From the NCBI GenBank assembly GCA_030141605.1, contig JAQGDQ010002368.1:558001-622000 (forward strand): DNA of 64,000 bases. The letters run 5' to 3'. This stretch comes from Tubiluchus corallicola. Taxonomy: Eukaryota > Animalia > Priapulida. Each line of letters starts with the position of its first letter. Position 1 is the first letter of the stretch. A program made the translations under genes and the position numbers. The notes beneath the pieces were generated by a model that saw nothing but the letters and a program-made list of their open reading frames with translations, did not search any database and was not told where the DNA came from. Below are positions 1-13,100 of this stretch, in pieces.

Positions 1-1182
1 ATTAATCGTGTTTGGCAGCTCATTTGACTCGGTTTACAGTGTTAGCTAAAATAAGCTGTTTATAATTATTTATTTCCATGTTCTGTTAGAGCAGTGATCC
101 TTGCTTTCCTCTTCCTGGACACAGAAAACCATTCACGTGTGTGAAACCATAATTTATAACTAACTGGCATTTTTTCCGATAAAGTTTAATGCTTCTGTTT
201 GTTTTTTAAGTGCCGCTTGTTATGGGCTTTTTACAGTAAAACATGAACAATTACGAACCGACTTCGTAATAAGATAGTTTAACTTAATTAGCTTTTTGCT
301 GTAACTCGATATATGATTGTTTCTTTCCAAAATAATCGTGTTGATAATTTTGAATGGTAACCCAAAATCTTATAAGTCAGTTGCATCACCATACATTATG
401 AGATTAATTTGTGACAGTCAACAAGCCCCATTGCCCTTCCTCATTACCTTTTGTGTTGACACACGTGTATTAACTTATGAGTTTGCCACTGAAGGGCCCG
501 TATTTACATCGCTGGGACAAACAGATGAAAAAAACGTCACCTATAGATTAGACTATTTGTACATGTACTATATTAATTAAGCGGCTCTTACGCACGCAAC
601 GGCATCTAAGACGCCACAAACAAGTATTTCAACTATGTATATGTACAATTAAGTATATGTTAAGTTAACATTAAAACCCTTTGAGGAATACCTGTGGTAT
701 TTGAGGTGCATTTGCATATAATTTATGTAAAAAGTTTGGTTTCGAATAACACTGATGGTTTTGTTATTTTGATCCATATGTGGTTTCGTTCACACTTTAA
801 GTATGTGGAATGGGTGAAGCTGTAGTACAGAGTATTTGAGAAGAATGATAAGGTTTATCTTTAGCATCTTGGAATGGCGGAACAATAATAAACATCAACC
901 TAGATGTCGTTACGTAATTAACCCTATTATGCAAATGATGCAATTTAAATATATTACATCACTCAAAATTTGCAATAACTTTTTTATACCTACAAGTAAG
1001 CTACCGTTTTATACCTATAAGTAAGCTACCGTTAATCACAAGCAGCTTTTGTGCAGTTTTTTTGAAAACGTACGTTTAACATATTATTCACTTTTCTCTG
1101 GTTCGAGTTTGTAACGAGATAATTATATAATATAATATATTATTAATATATTATATAACTTCCTTTTGGTTTTCTTTTCCAG

Positions 1183-4100
1183 TTTGCGGGCTCTGCATCT
1201 TCACAATAATCATCTCAGTTCTCTACCAAGTGAACTTGCCAACATGAAGCAACTATCTGAACTCATACTGGCATTCAACAGGTTCAGCGTTCTTCCTGAA
1301 GTCCTAAGTAGAATGAATCAGGTATGTAATGGCATTTTCGTACGTCGTACGTTTTCAGTCTTCAACTGATATTAAGTCGGTAATTTAATAGGTTACTTTT
1401 ACTGATGCACCCATTGTTTCATTAATGAAAAATGAGGCCTAATGAATGATAATAATGATTATGATTATGTTCTTTAGTTTAGGTTATATATTTCTTGGTA
1501 ATTAGTGTACGTCAGAAGACTAATAGCTCTAAAGATCTGATGACTTATTGATCAGGTATAAAGTTTCTGCTAAACTGGTCTTAAAGAGTGCCGTTTCTGT
1601 GTAGTATAGGCTGTGTAACTCATTGCTTTGAGTACCACAGGCTGGGTGAATGATATTCTATATTTTAGAACTTCTAATATCCAATTCTTCTTATTGTTGT
1701 TGTTGTCTTATGTTAACTGGAACTGGGAGTGCATTTTATGAGAATAAATAACAGTGGGAAACTTCAGTGACTAATCACTTAACCGCTGTCGTGTGCCAAG
1801 TATGTATCCAAAGTGTGACCTTTATAAAAAATAAGATCTGAGCATGAGAAAGATGAACTAATTAGTGACTTAGAAGTAATCGAATATTCAGAACATCAGA
1901 TCTACCTATAGATGTACATTTCCTCAGATGAATTGTGATTAGGATTATATATGTACTTTTCAGCTCGATAACATTGTAATGACGGGCAACTATGTGGAGC
2001 GATTACCTGGTGATACTGTGTCTGGTCTTAAACATGTCCAAAAGGTGCGTATGTCATTAGTTAGCCACTTGTCATTTTGTTGTTGAGGCATCCTTAAACA
2101 CGAATAGTATTTAATAGTTTCTAATTACTTAATTTTTTATTTGCAGATGGACTTTAGGTTAAATTGCTTGACCTTGCCTCCAGTGGAAACCATGACATTT
2201 GAGCTGTTAGAGCATTTAACACATTTGGATGTTAGTCACAACAGGATTACGAATTTAGATGTGCGTAATCTGACTGCTCTAGAATATCTAAACTGTGAAC
2301 ACAATAAACTGGTGATGTTGCAAGTCTCCGGACAAAGTCTGAAACATATGCGGACTGCCCATAACAGTAAGTTGATGGCATAACATCCCACGACTCAAAA
2401 TCAGTTGTGGTACTTTAAGTAGCAATTTCGTACTGCCATTGTGTTTTATAGTATAATTTACTTGTTTGTCTAATGTTTTTCAAGGCCTTTCTTTTCTAAT
2501 AGTGTAGGATTTAATTCTTTCCTCATGCAAAGGTATTTTAACTTTATTTGTTTTATCAAGGCAAAATGTGCATTTTTTATGTAAGGTAACGTGATACAAG
2601 TGAGTATCCACCGTACAATGGCAATTTAAATGATGTTGTGAACCAAAAAACTGTTCATTGGCAATTATAATCCTCTTAAGATCAAATTGAATTGGCAGGG
2701 ATGTATGAGATGCATTATGCATTCTCCTCAGCAAGAAAAATGGTTGGTAGATAAAACCATCCGGAAACAATTTTTCTTGGTGATCACTCATCCATTCACC
2801 AATCAGGTGCAGCCCTGCAAAACCTTGGTCGCTATTTCCATATTATAGCCACTCAATTATTTCTCTTGCCATACAATCCAGCTTTTCTTTCACATAGTGT
2901 TAAAGGAATGTTTGCCTGTAATTGTGATTTCAAGGTGGAGACCAGGCAGTCTGTTACAGCCAAAAGTGGTTAAAAGACCTTTCTTTAATAAGTAAATACA
3001 GTGCTCCAGATTCTTTTCACATATTGTGTGAAATGTGTTCTGATTGCCGTTGTACTTGTCTATTACTTTTTCCTGTTAACTTTAGGAAAGTGTTACGACA
3101 TTCCTTTTGCGCATGTTCCACTCTTTTGTATTATCACAATTCATTAGTGAACAAATATTGTACTTGTAATTTTTTATTTTTTCAGGTCTTCAGAGCGTGT
3201 ACATGACCCCACTGCCTGAAAATTTACGGATTCTAGACCTCAGTCAGTAAGTGTTACACAAATTTGCTGCTAGCTTTTCTAAACACTTGGTACAGGTAGT
3301 AGAATATCAATCTCTGTATTTGTCGTTAAGCTTATGGAACTTATTAACACTTGCGGTCGTATTTCTCAAATTCTGGGAACAAACATGTTCGTTTAATAAC
3401 TTAATAACTGTTTTGCAGTCTACATATAGAGAGAGTGCTCTTTATTGCTTAAGTTTATCAAAGTAGCTGATGTTAGGCATTGCTCACTGTTTCCATGTTG
3501 AGGCTTTTATTTTGTAAAATTAGGCAGCTTTCCAACTCATTTTTAATGTTATAATTTAATGAATTTAATAATGAAAGCCAGTTGCACAATACCTTTGAAC
3601 TTTGATGTTTTGATTTTTTTCCCATTTAGCAATGAACTAAACAAATTACCAGAGTGGATTTGTGACTTGTGGAGGCTAGAAAAATTATTGGCACGACACA
3701 ATCGATTGTCCATACTTCCAAACAGGTTTGTTTTACTAGTGAAATTTTCCTGAAACTTTTGCCTCATTCGGTTTGCCTCACTAATTTTTTATCCTTGTGT
3801 TGCTACATGTGCTCTTTGCATTGAGAAGAATAGCAGCTAATAGTGTGGCTTATTGTACAGTAGGCGCATCTTGATAGACTCACTTTGAGATGGAAGTGTT
3901 TCAACCCAAGTAACCAACTGATTCAATTTGCGGAAGTGTGTAGCCTATTACTGTTATAGAAATATGAGTCATCATCACTCATCACCTTAGTATGCATTCC
4001 AAAGGCTTTAAATGAATCTTAGAAACTAATCAAAATTCCCATGTGCATTTATTTTAGAATACTAATTTATATAAGTGAATTAATAAAAAAAATTTAAAAT

Positions 4101-7100
4101 CGCATGAATCTGATTATTACCACTAAAAGTTACAAGAATTTTTGCACGTTTGGTTGCTTCGTTTCTTCATGCAGGTTATGAAATTCTCATACTGATATAA
4201 ACATGGAAAATTCACGCAAAATACCTAGTCACCTAGTGCTTGAGCTGCAGCTGGTGATGACCTTGTTTCCCTTGTGAAAAGCAGCGCGAAATTCAAAAGC
4301 AAACCGCTGGACAAATGATTAAATGTTTAACTTCCAGAAATAACGAGAATAACTGCAGCGGGTGACAAAACAAAACCACTACGTTAACTTATTAGCGCAT
4401 ATGATAAGCGCGCTGTACCTGCTTACAAACAAAGCTGTACGTAACATCCTGTACCTGTACCAAAGCTGTGCACCAAATCTACGTAAAGATGACATAAAAG
4501 CAGTAAAAGCTCTTTGGGCACACACAAGTGTCTTATTTTAAAATGAGACGTGAAAGAAAAAGTATTGAGTCAGTTATGCAAAGGAGTCAATTATTGACAG
4601 TTTTTATATACATTTGAATATGACCGGCTGGTACCAGTCGTTTTTAAGTCAAATAGGCGATTGGTTCTGTTAAACGAGAATTAAACTGAGTTTAATAAAC
4701 TGAAAAATAAAAGTTGCAGTTATTGTTTAAGGAACAACTATATTATTTGACATACTGTATTTCATTCAACCTGCTTTAAAGATATTCAATTAGTTCTCAT
4801 TCACACCTGGTTTAAAGCTAATAAGTTATCACTGAATATTGAAAAATCTAAATTTATTGTATTCACATATAAAAATAAAAGAATCCCTAGTAATCATACA
4901 GTAAAAATCCCAATAAATAAAGTAAAATATACTAAGTTCTTGGGCATCATCATAGATGAACACCTAACTTGGCAAGAACATCTTAGATTTATCGAAAGCA
5001 AAATCTCCAAAAACCATAGGTATTATATACAGAGTTAGACACATATTGCCTGAATCAGTACTTGTATTATTATATAATTCTCTTTTTTTACTATATCTTA
5101 ATAATTCAAACATTATTTGGGGAAGCACATACACCAGTCGATTGAAAAAAAATTCACATGATTCAGAAGAAAATAGTGTGAGCTATAACATTTGCGGTTA
5201 TCAGGACAATACACAACCAATATTTAAAAGTCTAAACATTTATGACATTAATAAGTTCCAAACTTCCATTTTCATGTACAAATTCTCTCATAAATTATTG
5301 CCACCCTTATTTACTGATTATTTTTGTTTGAATGCTGAGATACATAATTACGGTACACGATGTAGACTTAACTATCACTACATACAGTGCAACACAAATG
5401 TTAGAAAATTTTCTATTAAATACAATGGCCCTTGTATATGGAATTCAATTGCTCCAGCTATTAAAAATGCCAACACGCTGTACATATTTGAAAAAAATTA
5501 TAAACTAAACTTGCTTGAAACATATAACTGATCACTCAATCATGATTTGTTGTTTTTCATTTTCAAAAACTTCCCCTCTAGTATAATAATATTTTTATTA
5601 CTTCCCACCCTTATATATATCTGCAATGAGCACCTCCATATAGTCTAAACAAGTGTTGCCTCCTCCACAAATGCTTAACGAATGTGTTAAAGCATTTATC
5701 ATTTCTCTGTACCGACCATCAGTTTACATTGCAGTTATGGAAATTATTACTACTAATGCCCACTGTAACTCACACTAGCCATTAGCAATATATTGTAATT
5801 TTTCTCGTAACTAATTTTAGTGGCCTAGCATAAGCTAGCTTCTCGGGTCTCTAGTGCAGAATTCATGAATTGTATCATAATTTTGTATTAACAAAAACTG
5901 ATTATCGATGCACATGTAATGCATATGTATATGTTTATTGCGAAATAAATCTACTGAATTGAATTGAAATTTGTTTTTCTGTAGATTGTTGTGTAATATG
6001 GAGAATCTTAAATTACTTATGGTTGATCACAATCAGTTGACTGTACTTCCGGAATGGGTGGAAAACTGTATGATAGAAACTTTGCATATAGAATACAACA
6101 GAATTGCTCACCTTCCTGACAACCTGCTTGTTAACTGTACAAAGTATGACATTAGTCACTATTTTTAAGTAAAACTAAAAGTTGGTAACTCCTCCTCATA
6201 TAAAATATGTTCTCAAAATAAAGTTTTAAGTTTTGACTACCAAACTTTAACTTTTGTTTTTAACCCTTTCACTATGGAAGGTGGCACACTGCTGCCTACG
6301 TTTTTCTTGTAAGGGACGGAAGGCAGCAGACTGCCACCCAAGCTCAGTACTAACCGCAGGTCTGCAAAACATTAAAGAAAAGTTTGACAGCCTTGGGGTT
6401 ACTTTGAAGCCAGGTACATTCCACAATACTGTACTGCATAGTATGTTCCCACACGCAAAATTACTTGTAGATCGTTGATGAAATGTTAGTTGATCACTTG
6501 ACAAAACAACTGATCGTATATTTAGTTGATTGTTCTGCATTCTTATAAAATGATTGCATATTATGAATAAGTATTGCGTCTTTTATGAAAACTGGTTTCT
6601 AAACATAAGTATGTGCTTATTTGTGTGGGTGTGCACGTATGTGTGCGCATGTGTATAAATAAGACTAATATTCAATATTACTGTTTAATGACAAATAGCT
6701 GTTTATGTAGAAGATTCTGTTTAGAACGCACCACAAGAAGTTATTGTCAAATGTGCAAAAGCTGATGTGGCCCTGTTAATAAGCAAGTACGTAGTGAAAG
6801 GGTTAAAGTTTACTTTGAATTCTTTTGTTTGCTAAGCTGCTATTACACATACGTTGGGTAACTGCTTTTATCAATGTCATTTTGGTCTTGCAGGTTGCGT
6901 ATTCTCAATGCTACAAACAACCGGTTGACACATTTTCCACCTCTAAACCAAATACAAGACTTGAACAAAGTGTCTGAACTGTACCTCTCTTGTAACTACT
7001 TAGTAGATTCAGTGTTTGAAGAAGTCTGTGAATATCCAAGGTTGAAAATTCTGCATATGGCATACAATGACCTACAAGAGATATCCCATGAGTAAGTATT

Positions 7101-10100
7101 CTAACAACTGCTTGTTGTCTATTTTTGCAGTAGTAAGTTTTAAGTAATATGTTTCTGGATGATAGTATGGCATCGTTAATGTTTTTTTCTGGTTTCTTCA
7201 GAGCTGTGTGTAAGCTAGAGGTTCTTGAAGAACTGAACGTTTCTGGGAACAAGCTGCAATACCTGCCTGATGTAATTGGACAGCTTCCCAAATTAATTGT
7301 CCTACGAGCTCATTCAAACATCCTGCGATCGTTGCCTGACTTTTACAAGGCAGTTTCACTGAAGGTAAACAATTATCTGGTTTATAGCCAATGAAGCAGA
7401 TGAACTATATCAATTTCTATTTTTTAATTCAAATGCCTGTTGTTTCCTACGATAGTTTTTGATCCTTACTTTTAACCTGTAAGGTATGCGATAGTGTATG
7501 AGTAATTTTTTTCCATTTTTTGCAGGTGCTCGATGTAGGATGTAACCAACTGCACAAAGTCTCTGTTTCCAATATTATGGCTTCGCAACTCAAACATTTA
7601 GATGTGTCATGTAATTCGGGGCTACAAGTTAGTCCACAATCATTTCAGTCATTCAGGTAGGCATAGTTGATGTGCATTTATTGTCAAGAGGAACAACATA
7701 ATTAAAAGTTAATATTGCTTTTATGCTAAATCAGTGTAAGATTTTTAATTTAGTTGAACTTTTACAAGTGTTATTTGGAAACTTGGTATGATTTTACCTT
7801 GTGTTTAGCTCAGTGAAGAATATTTCTCTTGTGGACATGACCGGGCGGAGTCGCAGCACATTAATAGGAGAACCAACTATTATACAGGAACCACCATGGT
7901 CTGTAGGATTTTCAGAAACTTCTGGTTCTCGAAACAAGTGAGTAAATGAAAAATTTATTCTCTTGTTTTTATTCTGAACATCATTAAAATATTTTTTGAG
8001 TACAGTCTAGAGGATTTAGTAAAGATTTATCACATCTAACAATTCTTTAGCAACCAAATCATTTTCGTAAGATTATAATATTTTTGCTTAATTCAAGTTT
8101 TAAATTGAAATTTACTGTTGTGTAGATTGTGTATTACTCAAGTAAGGATACCACAGTATGGAGCTGATGAAGCATTATTTGGTATGTTTGATGGTGGCCG
8201 TAACAACGAGGCTCCACTTCTGCTACAAGAAAAAGTACCGACAATATTACGAGATGAGCTTAATCATCCAAAAACTTCTGAACAGTATATGAAATATACA
8301 ATGTTAACAGCGCATAGGTGAGTGAATCAGCTGCTCAGTCTGCAAACTCTTGCCTAAGTTGAGGAGAGGTTTGCTGAGTGGTCACGGAGTGTAATTACTG
8401 GCAGAAATTAAACAATGCTGGCTGGCAAATTGCTTTTTTGCAGTTTTATCTGGCGTTGGCTTTTTGTCTCATCGGGGGAAATTTTATATACATCCGAACA
8501 GTTGATACTTATTCAGCATCTAATCTTATGGAATGTTCAGACTAATGAGTTTTCTCTCTGGCAGCAAACTTGCAACGTAGGCTAGTGTAGGTTTAGTTAA
8601 TAAGCGATGTAGGTCCATGCTATAATCTTCAACAGTTATACCTCGTTTATTTAAATAAAAACCAGCCGTTCTTTCCACCCATAGAGACATCCAAGGTTTT
8701 GCACTAGCATTTAAATGATTACAACGCCTACGCAAAACACACTCGACTGTCAGCAGACGTCACAATCAAAACAACTCTGCGGCAGGAATGTATTGCACAA
8801 TTATAGTAATAATGGAGTTTAAACATTAAAAGCTTATTTTTTTATGATAAAATAGTTGCTGAACTGTGGCACATATTAAAAAACTTGCACCAGTCTCAAA
8901 AAGTACTCTTTTCATTGTTGGCTTCATTTCTATATAGCACATACACTCAGGCAGTTGACCTCGGCTATAACGAGACTCGTTTATGGCGAGCAAACAGTCC
9001 CTTGAAACTCGTTATTAACGGTTTATACTGTACCAAATTAATTTTAATATGTGAACTGTAATTGCTTTATTTTTTTGGTTAAAATTTTAAGGCTTTTGTT
9101 TAATACTGGGATAGCCAACAATTTTGCCATAACTTTCACATAGTTCTTATAAAAAAATGTATAATAGTTTGTGCAATATAGTTGGGTATTACTTGATATA
9201 GCTGCCATCATCTACATGAATTTTGAAGTGCCCGAAAGTAATGCAGCTATATCACTATATTAGTGTACAACATATTCCATTTTATTTTTCCTTTCTGATC
9301 GATTTTACTCTTATTTTGTAGAAAGTTGAAGGCAAGTGGGCAGCGGCTTGGTGCAGCAACAGTACTGTGTCACCTGCATATGTCTTTGGTTGATAACTTT
9401 GAAGAGTACATTCTTAATTTGGCAAATGTTGGCCATGTCGAAGTCATTCTGTGCAGACAGGGTGAGCCAATGAAACTTACCCGATTATTCACAGTAGCTG
9501 GGGATCCACTAGAGTGCGAAAGAACAAGACGTAGTGATGGCATCATCACTGAAGTAAGTTCTGTGCTACTATACAAGGATGGCATATTTGCATCATACAA
9601 ACTTCAAGTTATTATCCATGTATTTTGTAATTCCTAAAATACATTCAATTATATTGTCATATTGTTTAATAATTTGGCGGAATCATCAAAAATTCGAGGA
9701 CTTTGATTGGTAGAGATGTGCAGGGTAAGTCTTATTTATTAGTTTTATCTAAAGCATTAGCCTATTGTGAATGTTGGACACTAGTCATTGTAGCTTCATG
9801 TAATTGACTGAGTACTTTACTTAATTGAATAATTAATTAAAAGGAGTGATAGGCTGCAAACACCTGTATCTATGTAAACACTAATGCTACGTCAAATAGA
9901 TAATACAAATTATATATTTTTCCTGCCTAGAATTAACTTTTTGTTCTTTTGTAGTCATTAAATAAACCCTGTACATTAATAGCAGTGACATCTGACATTA
10001 CTAATTTGTTGGTCTCAATAATCAATTTACATTTGTAAAGTAAAAACTTAAATTTTAAATCGCCTAAATCATTATTTTATGCGTCACTGATCACAAATAA

Positions 10101-13100
10101 AATATTTTACATTAAAGAAATAAAACGACACAATGATTATATATTATAAGATGAAAAGGCTTTATTGTAGAGAAAATGCAGAAAAGAAAAACGCAACAAG
10201 TATGGCCATTTCAGTTACTGCTAAGAATATTCTGCTGAATATTTGACTAGATGCAGTTTCCAGTTTAATGCACTACTTGAGTTTAAACAAATTAAGTGAG
10301 GTTAGTAATAAAGCATTGCTTTATATTTTAGGATAATAAAGTGAATGGCAATACAGAAGCCACACGTCTGTTAGGTTGTAGTTACCTGTACCCGGCTGTG
10401 GTTCCTGATCCTCACGTCACTACCGTTACACTGCGACATGATGATGAGCTTATCATCATTGCTAACAGTGGAGTCTGGCAGTATGTATCATACGAGGAAG
10501 CTGTGGCCGAGATTAGAGAAATTCAAAACCCGGTTCTTGCAGCTAAAAAGCTTCAGGTAGGAATATACAGTTGCATTTCAATATTTATAGAAATCGGGGA
10601 ATAACGTAACATTTACCTAAATTATGTGTGAAATAAATTCTGTGACACTATGGCATTATTCAAGCATTATTTCTAACGCATATTGTACAACATGATACTC
10701 ATTGTATGTTTTGCATGTTTTTTGTATACCTATCAGGCAAAGATCAATGGTCGCATGAAACCGATGAATGCCAAAGAAAGGGGGAAAGAGGTCAAATAAA
10801 TTATAGATCTGTCTGTCAACATGTAGAGAAATGTACTTTTGAATGGCCATTTAAAAACTATTAGATTTTGTAAGGGATAACTGGAAGACTTCATTGGTTC
10901 TGGCAAAATGAAATCACAACAAACCACAAGCTCAATTCAATGAAAAATTTTACTTTTTACTCCAAATCTTCTAATAAAAGTAATGAGTGCTTGATTGCCT
11001 AGTAGAAACTGGTGTGTTAACTTCAGCAGCCATCACATCTAAAATGTAGAAAGTGGCATATAACATCATATGAATATAATATGTTTTTATGTCATAAGAA
11101 CACTATAACTATAAACCAGCTTACTTTGAAAACTTCATTCATTACTATCACTATTTCAGGATATTGCACAGAGTTATGGATCAAAAGAAAATCTGAGTGT
11201 GATGGTAATTCGACTCAATCTCAGTTTGTCTGTAACTCAGCGCCTTGTGCGCAAATATCACCAGAGAGGCTGTCATCTCAGTTATTCCACAGTTAATGGA
11301 TCAAGATCAAGTTGTAATAGGTAAATGATGTCTTTACCACAGATGTATGGCAGATTTCAAGTTAAGAACATTCACTGTAATAGTTTACCAATGTGTTCTC
11401 ACGAAAGTTATGCTAGAATAATTGCAGTACTTGTACTTAACTGGATAACCAGTTAATTATAGTTCTTAAATATTAGAAAAATTGAAAAAGACTTTAAATT
11501 TCGCAAACTAGTAGTATGTATATAATATATATATATATATATGTTAATGAATGATGATTGATTGCTCCTGTTTTTACAATATATCACTAATTTCTTTCAG
11601 CATAGTCTCAGTGAAGTCTAATGTTTCTCATGGGCATCACGGACATAACCAACGAAGATCCGATCAATCTCCTCGAACTAGGTGTGGAAGCGATCACGTT
11701 GTACATAGGCCTCCATCTCGTATGAATGGTTATGGAGGCCATGGCTTTACAGAAAGTGAACCCAGAATACCTACCAAGGTAACATGTACTGCTTATTGAA
11801 GGAAAGGACAAATCACCTAGCATGTTGGTTTTTTTTACTGGTATCAGTGAAACTTAGAAATATCCAATGAAATTTCCAAAAAAGTTTTAATGAAATACAA
11901 AATTAATTTATACTGCCACAGTAATGATATTTTTGGGTGCAGTGGTAGCTGCCATTCAGTTGAAATTTTCTTACTTTTGACGGAAATTGATGATGCGCTG
12001 CTTTTCTTCAGATGATGAATGACGTGATTAGTGGAAGAAGGGGCGTTCAAAATGAAAGTGCCAACGCTTGAAACGATCGCGACTTTAAAGAGATTTTACT
12101 CTGTAACTCTGTTACACATGAAGCTTATCGTACTTTTATTACTACATCCTTCTAACATTTTTCGTGAAAGTTGAAATAAGGTTAACTTCCCAGGAAGCTT
12201 GACCATTCCTTTAAAAATAAGTTTCCAGTCTTGGTATTTGACTATTAAGTCAGTCACTGTTTGTTTATGTCATATAACAGATCTGAATTACTTTCCTGTC
12301 TTCAGGAATATGGATAATGTTTTCAGACAAAAGTATATGGTAGTGTTAATTTAGGATAAATTTCATTGCCATCATCGTGCAGTCATCATTATTTTTTGCA
12401 AATGAGATTATATCTGTTTCACCAGAACTTAATATTTTATCTTAGGCATTCTATGAATCTGAAGAGATGAGGATCAAATCAAATGATGACTTTGCTGAAA
12501 ATGGAATTTCATATCGGCGTATTTGCCATGATACTGTGGACGACGAAATTGCTGTAATACCAAGTCAATTGTCTTCACATTCGCTCACAAGAAAAAGTCA
12601 AAAGTTGAAAAATCAAGAAGGTATAAGATGTGTACGGAATAGAATTCTCATCACATGACAGAATTATGAAATTATCGATTGCCTAATTCAAGCTTCCTGG
12701 CACCCTAAGGAATGATCTATGTTTTGATTTTAGTGTTCCTCTAAAATTCCTCTATGTTCCCCTGCAAGAATTTACTGAATTAGCATGTTATGTAATCCTT
12801 AGATGGACTTAGAAAACATAGCCAGGATATATATTTTTGGTACTTCAGTAGGCACCGCTTAATAGACTCACTTTGGGACCGAAGTGTTTTGACCCAATTA
12901 ACGTACTGAACATATTAACCGATGTGTGTAGTATTACAGGTATAGAAGTATGAGTCATCTGCTTACTATGCACTGCAAAGGTTTTTAATGAATTTAGAAA
13001 TGAAATAATGCCTAAATTCCTTTGTGCAGTTAAAAATTAGAAAAAATATTTTTAAAATATTAATTTTTATAAGTGAATTAGCAATATATTAAAAAGTAAT

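Noticed and set aside
575-900. Possible I/Nimb-type LINE 3' remnant on the minus strand (FHILKV* trace, GC-rich terminal motif)
   Set aside because: Too degraded to support without a database search.
981-1032. ~25-bp tandem duplication; similar short duplications at 26538-26598 and 37999-38038
   Set aside because: Two-copy local slippage duplications with no spacers, so not CRISPR-like and with no sign of function.
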